DNA of 44,529 nucleotides from a virus. The notes under the pieces are model-generated. The model saw nothing but the letters and a program-made list of their open reading frames with translations, ran no database searches and was not told where the DNA came from. Each line of letters opens with the position of its first letter. The first letter of the stretch is position 1. The position numbers were made by a program, and so were the translations under genes. Shown here piece after piece: positions 10,144 through 17,723 of this stretch. Location: IMG/VR virus record IMGVR_UViG_3300022930_000005, positions 1 to 44,529 of that record; one strand, 5' to 3'.

Positions 10144-10602
10144 ATGTTCGTGATGCCGGTCCTTTTCGGCATAGCCTGCGCGGTGGCAACTTGGTTCGCC
10201 GCGCAGGCCGATACCAAGGAGCCGCTGTTCGCCGCAATGCTTCTGGCGTGCGTATGGGCAGCGGCTAACTTGCTGTGGCTGACGGATACGCTATGGGGGT
10301 TGCCACTGTTGGACTTGGCGGTAGGTGCTTGTGCGGTATTGATATGGATGCGTAACGATGAAGCGTGGGCGGTGCAGCTTTTCATGCTGGCCTATTTCCG
10401 GGTTACTGCTCACGCACTGGATTACTTGACGTTGCATGAGTTCTTGGTCCCCTATATTCACTGCATAAATGCGCTATTCGCGGCGCAGCTTTACGTTGTT
10501 GCCGAGAATGGAGGGGCCAATGGCGCTGGTCGTATTCTTGACTTTTACAATCGGTATCATCGCCGTTCGGTGGGCGCAGCACATCAAACGGCGGAATCGT
10601 GA
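10144..10602 (+). CDS. polytopic membrane protein (152 aa, 4-5 hydrophobic helices)
   Basis: VLFGIACAVATWFAA, LFAAMLLACVWAAANLLWL, LPLLDLAVGACAVLIWM and AVQLFMLAYFRV are hydrophobic helices. Translationally coupled to its neighbours. Confidence 0.6.
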   Translation: MFVMPVLFGIACAVATWFAAQADTKEPLFAAMLLACVWAAANLLWLTDTLWGLPLLDLAVGACAVLIWMRNDEAWAVQLFMLAYFRVTAHALDYLTLHEFLVPYIHCINALFAAQLYVVAENGGANGAGRILDFYNRYHRRSVGAAHQTAES

Positions 10603-10994
10603 TGGATGAAATACTCGCAGTTGCGTTGAAGGGCTGGACACCGGGGGCTGTTGGAATATGGCTGATCCTAGGCTCGCTGCTGGCTGCGCTATGGAAGGGC
10701 CTTCCGAGCGTCATGGACGCCTGGAGTAATTCCGTGGGCCGCGAACAGGCGCAACGGGAGCGCGAGATTACCCGGCTGGAAAACCAGATCATCGCCAGCG
10801 ACAAGCGCCACGCCGAATGCGAGGATGCGCAACGCGGGCTGCGCGAGGAAATCAATCGGCTGCAGCAACTGATTAGCGGGCTGGTAATCCAGATGCGTCA
10901 GATCCAACTCTCCGCAGCGGCTACAGGTCAGCCGGTCGATTTGCCGCCCCGCTTTGCCGAGATGCTGAAATCACTGGAAAGGCCATTGACGTGA
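10599..10994 (+). CDS. single-pass membrane protein with a coiled-coil tail (131 aa); i-spanin-like or holin-accessory topology
   Basis: GTGATG start region overlaps the upstream TGA (alternative ATG 10602). TM GAVGIWLILGSLLAALW, then REQAQREREITRLENQIIASDKRHAECEDAQRGLREEINRLQQLI. Confidence 0.5.
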   Translation: MMDEILAVALKGWTPGAVGIWLILGSLLAALWKGLPSVMDAWSNSVGREQAQREREITRLENQIIASDKRHAECEDAQRGLREEINRLQQLISGLVIQMRQIQLSAAATGQPVDLPPRFAEMLKSLERPLT

Positions 10995-11577
10995 AGCACC
11001 CAGAAAAATTCTTCGCCGCCGCCAAGGACTGGCTCCTAGGCCCCACGCTATGAGGTTCTACGGTGCTTAGGCCAATAGCTTTCCTTAGGGCGCTTGTTCT
11101 TCAATTTTCCCGTGGGGGTGGTTATTGCTTCTTGAATGGGGATGCCGCGAGACAGGCGCTCATTCAGCGTAGTACGTCCTACGCCGTAGATACGGCACGC
11201 TGCCGCAAGGCTTATGAAGACTTCCCCATCTATCTCGACTTCCCGCAGGTTCCGTTTGTTCTCGGAGCCTTGCTGAAAGGACGTTGCCCATCTGCAATTA
11301 TCAGGCGAGTAGCCCTTTTCTGGGTCAAGGCGGTCTATGGAATGACCCAAGCTAGGGCGCTCTCCCATATCCCCCAGAAACGCCACGAAAGACCCATCCC
11401 ACCGGTCGCATACGGCGATACCGCGAGCCCCGTATTTCGCAAAGTCTTTGCACTTCGGGTCGCTGCATCGCCGCTTCATCGAGAGCCAAACCCTGTAGGT
11501 GGGGCTAGGCCCGTTAGTTTTATGTCCGTGTTTCATGGTTGTCTGCATACAGGCGACCACAGCCGAAGGCAACTAGC
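10995..11577 (-). mobile_element. probable homing-endonuclease insertion splitting the lysis region
   Basis: It is the only reverse-strand gene in about 27 kb of + strand late genes. It shows a lower-GC patch and abuts the endolysin start codon (11578). Confidence 0.45.
11048..11572 (-). CDS. free-standing HNH-type homing endonuclease with a C-terminal HTH (up to 174 aa; start uncertain, ATG at 11548)
   Basis: TYRVWLSMKRRC...YGARGIAVCDRW...SIDRLDPEKGYSPDNCRWAT is the phage HNH_3-like pattern. ISLAAACRIYGVGRTTLNERLSRG is an HTH. It lies on the opposite strand with visibly lower GC than its flanks. Confidence 0.75.
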   Translation of the reverse strand: MPSAVVACMQTTMKHGHKTNGPSPTYRVWLSMKRRCSDPKCKDFAKYGARGIAVCDRWDGSFVAFLGDMGERPSLGHSIDRLDPEKGYSPDNCRWATSFQQGSENKRNLREVEIDGEVFISLAAACRIYGVGRTTLNERLSRGIPIQEAITTPTGKLKNKRPKESYWPKHRRTS

Positions 11578-11961
11578 ATGACAATCAAACTCGGAACCCG
11601 CTCGCTATCCCGCTTGGAAGGCGTGCACCCGGATCTAGTCCGGGTCGTACACCGCGCGGCGGCAATCTCGAAACTGGACTTCACCGTGCTGGAGGGCCTG
11701 CGCACGCTGGACCGGCAGAAGCAGCTATTCGCCAAGCGCGCCACGACCACGATGAAATCCCGCCACCTGGACGGCCATGCGGTCGATTTGGCGCCCATGA
11801 TTGGCGGCGAGGTGCGATGGGATTGGCCGCTGTATCACCATCTCGCGACTATCGTGAAGCAGGCGGCGGTGGATGAAGGCGTGTCGATCGAATGGGGTGG
11901 GGATTGGCGCACGTTCAAGGATGGGCCGCACTGGCAATTGCCGTGGAAGGGTTATCCGTGA
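11578..11961 (+). CDS. endolysin, peptidase M15 (L-alanyl-D-glutamate / VanY-like) family (127 aa)
   Basis: SRHLDGHAVDL (SxHxxGxAxD) and DGPHWQL (HxH-region) are present. The N-terminus LSRLEGVHPDLVRVVHRA is typical of M15_4 phage lysins. ATG 11578 is preferred over the upstream track start. Confidence 0.8.
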   Translation: MTIKLGTRSLSRLEGVHPDLVRVVHRAAAISKLDFTVLEGLRTLDRQKQLFAKRATTTMKSRHLDGHAVDLAPMIGGEVRWDWPLYHHLATIVKQAAVDEGVSIEWGGDWRTFKDGPHWQLPWKGYP

Positions 11962-12293
11962 ACGCCGACCACAGCCCCGACCGCGTAAAGAACCTGCTAG
12001 CGTTTTCGCTGGTTGGCGCCTTCATCGCCCTCATTCCGCTGTTCGTGTATCAGACGATCCCGGACGGCAACAAAGACATCATCGTCTACATGGTCGGCCA
12101 GCTTTCGGGCATGGCGTTGACCGCGCTTGGCTTCTACTTCGTCAACAAGGCCGGTCAGGATGCTCTGGATGCCAAGCGGGCTGAGAACACCGGGAAGCTG
12201 GCGGACAATGCCAAGGCGGCGATTGAGGCCGCTACGGGCGGCACAGGTGGCCTGCAGGACGGCGATACGGTCGAGTTGAACGCGAAGAAGTGA
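11958..12293 (+). CDS. putative class II holin (2 TM, charged C-terminus, 111 aa)
   Basis: GTG 11958 overlaps the endolysin TGA (GTGA). TMs are LLAFSLVGAFIALIPLFVY and IIVYMVGQLSGMALTALGFYFV, followed by a Lys/Glu/Asp-rich tail. Confidence 0.55.
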   Translation: MNADHSPDRVKNLLAFSLVGAFIALIPLFVYQTIPDGNKDIIVYMVGQLSGMALTALGFYFVNKAGQDALDAKRAENTGKLADNAKAAIEAATGGTGGLQDGDTVELNAKK

Positions 12294-12303
12294 GAGGTTT
12301 TAT

Positions 12304-12627
12304 ATGATGATGCTGATATTCCTGCTCGCCGCCCACGCGCTGTGTGACTACCCGTTGCAGGGAGACTTTCTCGCGAAGGCCAAAAATCGGAGCGCCCCTA
12401 TTCCGGGCGTTCCGTGGCAGCAGGCTATGGCAGCGCACGCCATGATTCACGCCGGGGTTGTCGCGCTAATCACCGGAATATGGTGGTTGGCCGTAGCCGA
12501 GTTCACGATCCACTGGTTGACCGACGACGCCAAGTGTCGTGGGCGGTTGACGTTTAACCAGGATCAGGCTGTCCACGTCATCTGCAAGCTAGCATGGTGG
12601 GGCGTTGCTTGCTGGCTTACCCCATGA
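12304..12627 (+). CDS. DUF3307-like membrane protein (107 aa)
   Basis: The N-terminus LLAAHALCDYPLQGDF fits the H.l.Df.lQ signature of DUF3307, with further hydrophobic helices. Confidence 0.5.
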   Translation: MMMLIFLLAAHALCDYPLQGDFLAKAKNRSAPIPGVPWQQAMAAHAMIHAGVVALITGIWWLAVAEFTIHWLTDDAKCRGRLTFNQDQAVHVICKLAWWGVACWLTP

Positions 12628-12704
12628 AACACCCCGCGTTCATCATCCTCGCGCTGGCAACGCTGGCTAGCGGGGCGGTGGCGGTTTGGCTGGTGTTCTG
12701 GTAG
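12624..12704 (+). CDS. micro-ORF, single TM helix (26 aa): MKHPAFIILALATLASGAVAVWLVFW
   Basis: Not in the track. ATG 12624 overlaps the upstream TGA (ATGA). Third positions are GC-rich. Confidence 0.45.
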   Translation: MKHPAFIILALATLASGAVAVWLVFW

Positions 12705-12756
12705 GAATCCCGAGCCGCGCGGGTTTGTCGCGGCGAACACAGGCTGGAGAGCTAAC

Positions 12757-13098
12757 ATGAACAGCGAAACTTTGAAGGCTACCGACGATTACAGCGCCGC
12801 CAAGAGCACGCATCCGCGCGTGTCGCTTGCGGACATGGAAGGAAAGATCGCAACCGAGGCATATTTCACGGCTGGGGCGGCGGGCGACGCGCTGGGTATT
12901 CCCATGCACGAATCCGCCAAGCTGCTAACGATCTGCATCCTGACCATGAACAACGGCTTCACCATCGTCGGCAAGTCGGCGCCCGCATCGCCGGAAAACT
13001 TTGATCCCGAGAAGGGTAACCGCTTCGCCTACGAGGACGCCATCAAGCAGCTTTGGCCGCTGGAAGGTTACGCCCTGCGCGAGAAGCTGTCAGCCTAA
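12757..13098 (+). CDS. N4 Gp49 / Sf6 gp66-like family protein (113 aa)
   Basis: LTICILTMNNGFTIVGKSAPASPENFDPEKGNRFAYEDAIKQLWPLEGYALREKL matches the remembered Gp49-like pattern (T.C...NGf.v.G.S....nFd.e.G...A...A...W.leGY.Lr). Confidence 0.55.
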   Translation: MNSETLKATDDYSAAKSTHPRVSLADMEGKIATEAYFTAGAAGDALGIPMHESAKLLTICILTMNNGFTIVGKSAPASPENFDPEKGNRFAYEDAIKQLWPLEGYALREKLSA

Positions 13099-13107
13099 CC
13101 CCGCAAA

Positions 13108-13157
13108 ACCCGCCCCGGCTTCCAATTCAGAACCCGTGAAGGTTCACCGGGGCGGGT
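13108..13157 (+). terminator. stem-loop after the Gp49-like gene: 11-bp perfect outer stem plus a nested 5-bp stem; weak U tract
   Basis: acccgccccgg (13108-13118) pairs with ccggggcgggt (13147-13157). An inner gaacc/ggttc stem is present. The hairpin is followed by cttacg. Confidence 0.4.
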
Positions 13158-13361
13158 CTTACGCGGTACTCGGAGGATTGCCACCTCCTGTCGATGCCTA
13201 CCCGCTCCGGATCGCCTCGGCTGCAAGGTTACGTCGTCTGCCCGTGCGAAGGGCTAACAAACTGCGCCGTCGCGACCGGGGAAACCCAATCCAGACGCCG
13301 CCGCAGCCCCTCCCCAATGCCTCAACGCCATGCTAAACGTCAACCCCGAAGGAGACTCCGC

Positions 13362-13628
13362 ATGTTGAAACCCCTCGCCCTACTCCCGCTGTTCCTGGCC
13401 CTCACCGCCTGCCCGGATCGCGCCACCATCGCATCGGCGTCCGTGCTGCCGGCGTACCAAGTTGCGGCACAGGCTGTCTTGGCCCGCAACGCTGCGCATC
13501 CGTACACCGAGGCGCAGAAGGCTGCCATCCGGGCCGCAGACGATGCCGCGTTTGCCAAGGTGGTCGCGATCAATGGGGCTGAGATGCGCAAGGCTGAGGC
13601 GTTGCATTGGTTGATTCGCGAGATGTGA
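13362..13628 (+). CDS. lipoprotein (88 aa), lipobox LALTAC
   Basis: SD GAAGGAG 13348-13354 lies 7 nt before ATG 13362. MLKPLALLPLFLALTAC|PD is a signal peptide plus lipobox Cys. The mature part is Ala-rich and helical. The gene follows the hairpin and a 263-nt gap. Confidence 0.65.
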   Translation: MLKPLALLPLFLALTACPDRATIASASVLPAYQVAAQAVLARNAAHPYTEAQKAAIRAADDAAFAKVVAINGAEMRKAEALHWLIREM

Positions 13629-13672
13629 CGTGTTCGCGTAACGGCGGATTTGTTACATGTTTGGGCGATGTG

Positions 13673-14395
13673 TTAGGTTGGCCCCTCACCCTTCTTTGCA
13701 TTTCCCGCAAACAACTCCAGCCCGACACCGCCGATATCATCGACTTGCGCGAGGTAATGGTGGTCGATGTCGCCAACCTGCAAGGAATCGTTGCAGGTTG
13801 CCCGCTCACCATTGGCGAAGGCGTGAACGTCGCCGGTGATGCCAGTGGGGGCGGCGGCGATCATGGCGGACCAAACATCATCAAAGGAATGCCCTTCTCC
13901 TTCATAGAAGGGCAACTGATCGAATGCAGCGCGGAAGGCTTCTTTGCTTACCGCCCCCGCCCCACTAGCGGGGATGGGTGAGGCGGTGATCAGGGCGAGG
14001 ATGGCGTCGCAAAAGCCATTCGGATCAATGTCCGCGCAGATTTCCCATAGGCCGGTAATGTGGTCCGTATGGAAGTTTCCTGCTCCGATACTTTCTTGGC
14101 GGTCCAGCTCGGCTACCACGGCGCGGCGCACATCCTCACGGCTCACAGGCGGTACAGGGGTGATGCCTTCCCCTGCGTTTATGCCGGGGGTGGGGCGGGT
14201 GTTCCAGGCGATGCGGGCAACATCCGGGGATTCTTGCCAGCCCGCCTTTGCCCCACATGCGCACTCAACTCGATACCGCCGCCCTCCCATCGGGCACTTG
14301 CCATTAACGAGGCTGATAGGAGATTCCTGAACAGCGTTGCTGGCGTCGTCCCCCCGTCCGCAAAACGGGCACGGCAAAAGCTCACCCGACATCAC
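13673..14395 (-). CDS. Lar-family (restriction alleviation) zinc-ribbon domain fused to an unassigned ~170-aa C-terminal domain (240 aa)
   Basis: GELLPCPFCG...RYRVECACGAKAGWQESPDVARIAWNTRP fits the CPFCG...C.CG...A..AWN.R pattern. It is the last gene of the leftward operon. Confidence 0.55.
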   Translation of the reverse strand: MMSGELLPCPFCGRGDDASNAVQESPISLVNGKCPMGGRRYRVECACGAKAGWQESPDVARIAWNTRPTPGINAGEGITPVPPVSREDVRRAVVAELDRQESIGAGNFHTDHITGLWEICADIDPNGFCDAILALITASPIPASGAGAVSKEAFRAAFDQLPFYEGEGHSFDDVWSAMIAAAPTGITGDVHAFANGERATCNDSLQVGDIDHHYLAQVDDIGGVGLELFAGNAKKGEGPT

Positions 14396-15329
14396 TGTCC
14401 CCCTTGGTGGTGGCGAGGGCGCGCTGGTTCAAGACCTGCTCGACTACATCGGCTATTGGTACAGACGGGTGGCTGTCCTTACGCAACGCCTCGATTGCGA
14501 TCACGATTTTCGTGATAGCGGTATCCACGTCTCCGCTGCGCCAACTGCGTAACACTCGCTGCCGCCAAGTGGTCTCATCAGCCACGGCGACCTCCCGGCT
14601 GGCCAGAGCGGCGCGGCGTTCTAGCTCGGCATGGCGGCGCTTTCGGGCTTCAACCGCCTCCAAAGAATTGTCGCGGTAGTCGATGCCATTTCGGTAAGCT
14701 CCCAATTCCCCTAACTCGGCAGGGGTCAGCCCCTGCTCCTTCACTGATGCAGGAGCAGCGGGAGAGAGGGATTTAATAAATGCGACACAGTCACGAAGAA
14801 GTTGCGCATCATGGACGTTACTTTGTCCCATGTCGTAACTTCGGAAAATATGCGTTGACCGTTCAATAAGAGCAGCAGCGGCCTCCCCCTTCCGCGTTTC
14901 ACAAGCAGCGTTGGGGGAGAGGGCGAAGACGTTGAGAGGTCGATGTTCTAAGTCCGCCAAGCACCATTGGTCGAACAAGATATCGGCTCCAAAGAGCTGA
15001 TAGCCTTCCTCGGTAAGTTGGTCTGCGTTCATCTCCGGCAGATCGGTCTCGCCAGAATCCCACAGATCAATAAACCGCATCGCCTTTCGAACCCAAGTAG
15101 TCAGCGCGGCAATTTCATTTTCTCGCGTGCCGAATATCGTCCGGCACTTTCCCCGCCCCGCCAGTGGCGCTGCGGTGAGGGCTTCGATTTCGTCGAGAAT
15201 GGCTAGCATTTCGTCATGGGCGTCCATCATATGTGCCGGGAAATGCCGCTCATCGCGGATGTCGTCCAAGCGTGCGCGCAGACTCGCCATCAGCTCGGCG
15301 CGGTTATCGGATGCATCGTGTGTGGTCAT
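14382..15329 (-). CDS. hypothetical protein (315 aa) with a lower-GC central part
   Basis: ATG 15329 overlaps the upstream TGA (ATGA) with AAGGA 8 nt upstream; the track start 15338 is also possible. No motif recognised. Confidence 0.6.
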   Translation of the reverse strand: MTTHDASDNRAELMASLRARLDDIRDERHFPAHMMDAHDEMLAILDEIEALTAAPLAGRGKCRTIFGTRENEIAALTTWVRKAMRFIDLWDSGETDLPEMNADQLTEEGYQLFGADILFDQWCLADLEHRPLNVFALSPNAACETRKGEAAAALIERSTHIFRSYDMGQSNVHDAQLLRDCVAFIKSLSPAAPASVKEQGLTPAELGELGAYRNGIDYRDNSLEAVEARKRRHAELERRAALASREVAVADETTWRQRVLRSWRSGDVDTAITKIVIAIEALRKDSHPSVPIADVVEQVLNQRALATTKGDSDVG

Positions 15330-15625
15330 GGCATGCATCCTTGCTCGCGGCTGATCATCATGAAGCGCTCGACCTTTTCACGCTTGGCGAGCATTGTGTC
15401 CGCGTCAGGCGTAAGGTCGAGGGTCGCTGGAATCTGGCCCCCTTGTTGCAACCAATCGAGCATCGCGTAGAGGTCGTGAAACTCTTGCACGATGCGCTCG
15501 GCATTGGTCAGCGGCTGGCCCGGCTGAACCTCGGTAAGTCCGAAACGCAGCGCCTTGGAAATGCGTTGGCCCACTTCGCACGCTTCCTCGGCAGCGGTCG
15601 TAAATAGATGCTCAACGCGATTCAT
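15326..15625 (-). CDS. MazG-like nucleoside triphosphate pyrophosphohydrolase-like protein (99 aa)
   Basis: LFTTAAEEACEVGQRISKALRFG plus a later acidic helix (VQEFHDLYAMLDWL) resemble small all-alpha MazG domains. Confidence 0.45.
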   Translation of the reverse strand: MNRVEHLFTTAAEEACEVGQRISKALRFGLTEVQPGQPLTNAERIVQEFHDLYAMLDWLQQGGQIPATLDLTPDADTMLAKREKVERFMMISREQGCMP

Positions 15626-15953
15626 CGGTCAAATCCTTCTCAGTCGGGGATGGGGAGAGGGCGGCGCGGTCACCTTCGTCAGTGACGTATCTCGGCATCA
15701 GCGAGGCAAGTAGGTCGTAGATTTGCTGGGCATCGGGCACGCGCTTTCTCCATGCGCGGGTGAGTGAAATGGTAGTGGGCTGCATGTCCGCCCCCGTAGA
15801 TTGCTGAGTTTCATCAACCGGCCATGGCTCGTACGATGGCTCGAACTGGTGCAGAGTTTCAGCGCCGCACCCTCGTTGCTCTACGAGCATCCGCGCGACC
15901 GCTTCCACCGCCGCCTCCCGCGCCGCTACTGCGTCGGGTCCGTTAGTCGGCAT
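15612..15953 (-). CDS. hypothetical protein (113 aa)
   Basis: ATG 15953 is preceded by AAAGGAAA. The upstream part of the track ORF (to 16127) overlaps the neighbouring gene. Confidence 0.55.
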   Translation of the reverse strand: MPTNGPDAVAAREAAVEAVARMLVEQRGCGAETLHQFEPSYEPWPVDETQQSTGADMQPTTISLTRAWRKRVPDAQQIYDLLASLMPRYVTDEGDRAALSPSPTEKDLTDESR

Positions 15954-16188
15954 GGGGGTTTCCTTTGGGTTGGGGCGGGTCAGATTGCTTCGGGGTGTAG
16001 GCGACGCGATCCCAATCGGAGGTGGGATTGGAGCAATACATTCCGTGCCCCCAGCCGTAGCCGCGCAGGTGGTACATCCCGCCGTCTCGGCACAGGTATG
16101 GTCCGCCGTCCCAATCCAAGGGAGCATCGGGGTAATTGGGGCTTTCCGGCCCCCAAGGCTTCATGCCGGACGGCAGCACCTCCCCCAT
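15943..16188 (-). CDS. hypothetical Gly/Trp/Pro-rich protein (81 aa)
   Basis: ATG 16188 overlaps the upstream TGA (TGATG). Sequence begins MGEVLPSGMKPWGPESPNYPDAPLDWDGGPYLCRDGGMYHLRGYGWGHGMYC. Confidence 0.5.
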   Translation of the reverse strand: MGEVLPSGMKPWGPESPNYPDAPLDWDGGPYLCRDGGMYHLRGYGWGHGMYCSNPTSDWDRVAYTPKQSDPPQPKGNPHAD

Positions 16189-16382
16189 CACCCCTCTCCC
16201 CGCATAAGATAATCCCGGCACTGGATGCCGAGGGGGGTGAGGTCCATGCGCGATACCAGCCCGCGTTTCCTCAGTGAGCGGATCGTGTTGGGGTCGAGAT
16301 ACACCCGCACACCGGCCAGAACAGCCGCCCGCTGCGCCTTCGTCAGCCCCGCCACCACAGCCGCAACGTCAGTGTCGGTCAT
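16188..16382 (-). CDS. hypothetical protein (64 aa)
   Basis: ATG 16382 overlaps the upstream TGA (ATGA). Sequence begins MTDTDVAAVVAGLTKAQRAAVLAGV. Confidence 0.5.
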   Translation of the reverse strand: MTDTDVAAVVAGLTKAQRAAVLAGVRVYLDPNTIRSLRKRGLVSRMDLTPLGIQCRDYLMRGEG

Positions 16383-16858
16383 GATCCTGTCTCCGGGGTT
16401 TGCGAGGCGCGGGCGCGGAGGGCGGCAGCGCATAGGGCCAGACACAGGCCGCTGAGCGGCGTCGCATCCTTGGCAATTCCGCTCGAAATGCCGTTGAAGA
16501 TCGGTGCATCGAGCAAATCGGGTCGCCCTATGCGTGCCAATGGCAGGCCATCCGCGCCTATATCGGAAAGGTGCAGGAGCACGCCGTACTGATCGAGCAA
16601 CGTCATCGCGTCATCAAGGGAACGGGTGAATCTGCTCGCGTGCGTGCAGACCCACTTATCAGTCGCGGGGTTCACCCAAACCCAATCGAGAACGCATTCG
16701 TTGCTGTATTCGAGATGCGTCCCGATATAACGCTCTTCCCGGCGATACAGGACGGCCATGATAGCCTCGTCTAGCTCCTGATCAGGCCCGCTTGCACGCT
16801 CGCAAGCGTCTGCCAACGCCAGCATCGCCCGCCCATCTAGGGTTTCACCATTGCTCAT
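16379..16858 (-). CDS. paralog family B member (159 aa), homologous to 22897..23298
   Basis: Shared blocks are MLALA..CE.ASG.D..LD..I, (F/Y)T.SLD.AM(T/S)L and A...LA..AAALRA.AS. Confidence 0.6.
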   Translation of the reverse strand: MSNGETLDGRAMLALADACERASGPDQELDEAIMAVLYRREERYIGTHLEYSNECVLDWVWVNPATDKWVCTHASRFTRSLDDAMTLLDQYGVLLHLSDIGADGLPLARIGRPDLLDAPIFNGISSGIAKDATPLSGLCLALCAAALRARASQTPETGS

Positions 16859-17253
16859 TTCGGGGGTTCCTGGGATTGGAGGGCGGCGCGAACAATGCCG
16901 GTGACGCCAGACAGAACGTGGCGCATGTTGCTGGCGGATATGGCACCGAGCGATACACCTCCGGCCTTCAGCAGTTCGTCGGCGCGGTCGAAATCCGGCT
17001 CCGGAAATGCCTCAACCGGGTAGGCGCTCGCCCATTGCTCGATCCGCTCCAAAGCCTCCCGCAACTCGGCCACGCCAGTTGCTTCGATTGCGGCAATGCG
17101 GAAGCGTTGCAGTTCCTCGCGCACATCGCCGATATCGTCCGTAGTGAGCGGCGGCATAGGGTCCCAATTACGGCAGGCGGATTCGAGAAACCGGAGCGCG
17201 TCCAGGTTCGTCACCGGCGCTCGGTCAGCTTGGGTTGGTTGGTGGTTGGTCAT
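16855..17253 (-). CDS. hypothetical protein (132 aa)
   Basis: ATGA overlaps at both ends. No motif recognised. Confidence 0.6.
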   Translation of the reverse strand: MTNHQPTQADRAPVTNLDALRFLESACRNWDPMPPLTTDDIGDVREELQRFRIAAIEATGVAELREALERIEQWASAYPVEAFPEPDFDRADELLKAGGVSLGAISASNMRHVLSGVTGIVRAALQSQEPPK

Positions 17254-17720
17254 TTGCGGAGATCCTTTTTCCAGCGGCCCTTAGGCGCAGCGTTCACGGC
17301 AGGCGCGCGAGGGCGAGACGGGCGGCTATGCTCGCCGCCTCCGGTTGTCCCTTGCTCGGTAAATCCCGCAGCTCGGATCGATCGCCCATCCTCGCCAGGC
17401 AACGTGTAGGTCCATGCCTCCCGGTAGCCGAGTTCGGTCGCGGCACGGCAGATTGCGGCATAGAGCATCGAACACGCTGGCGCGGCATGTTCGCCGACTT
17501 TGGGCAGGCCAGGCTTCACCGCGCACCTGGATATGATGACGCGGCCCGTGCCCTGCCAAACGCGAGCTGGGTTGCCCGCCGTCGCCACGCCTACCAGTTC
17601 ACCATCACGCTCGACGCCGACAGCGAAAAGCGCGCCTTGCAGCTTAGGCAAGTGGCGGTGCGTTTCCGCGATCCACTTCAACGCCGCGCGGCCAGTGACG
17701 GGAACGATCCGATACGCCAC
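17250..17720 (-). CDS. GNAT-like (acetyltransferase-fold) phage protein (156 aa)
   Basis: GTG start with a GGGGGAGGG SD upstream. KWIAETHRHLPK...LFAVGVERDGELVGVATAGNP...CSMLYAAICRAATELGYREAWTYTLPGEDGRSIRAAGF matches a widespread phage/prophage GNAT-like family pattern. Confidence 0.5.
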   Translation of the reverse strand: MAYRIVPVTGRAALKWIAETHRHLPKLQGALFAVGVERDGELVGVATAGNPARVWQGTGRVIISRCAVKPGLPKVGEHAAPACSMLYAAICRAATELGYREAWTYTLPGEDGRSIRAAGFTEQGTTGGGEHSRPSRPRAPAVNAAPKGRWKKDLRK

Positions 17721-17723
17721 CGG

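Noticed and set aside
11063-11581. 172-aa + strand ORF covering the HNH region
   Set aside because: The - strand product has a clear HNH plus HTH pattern, while the + strand translation has no recognisable features.
13001-13361. ORFs 13001..13336 and the upstream extension (13194..13361) of the lipoprotein ORF
   Set aside because: Their composition is Arg/Pro-rich nonsense and they span the hairpins. The lipoprotein has its own strong SD and signal peptide starting at 13362.
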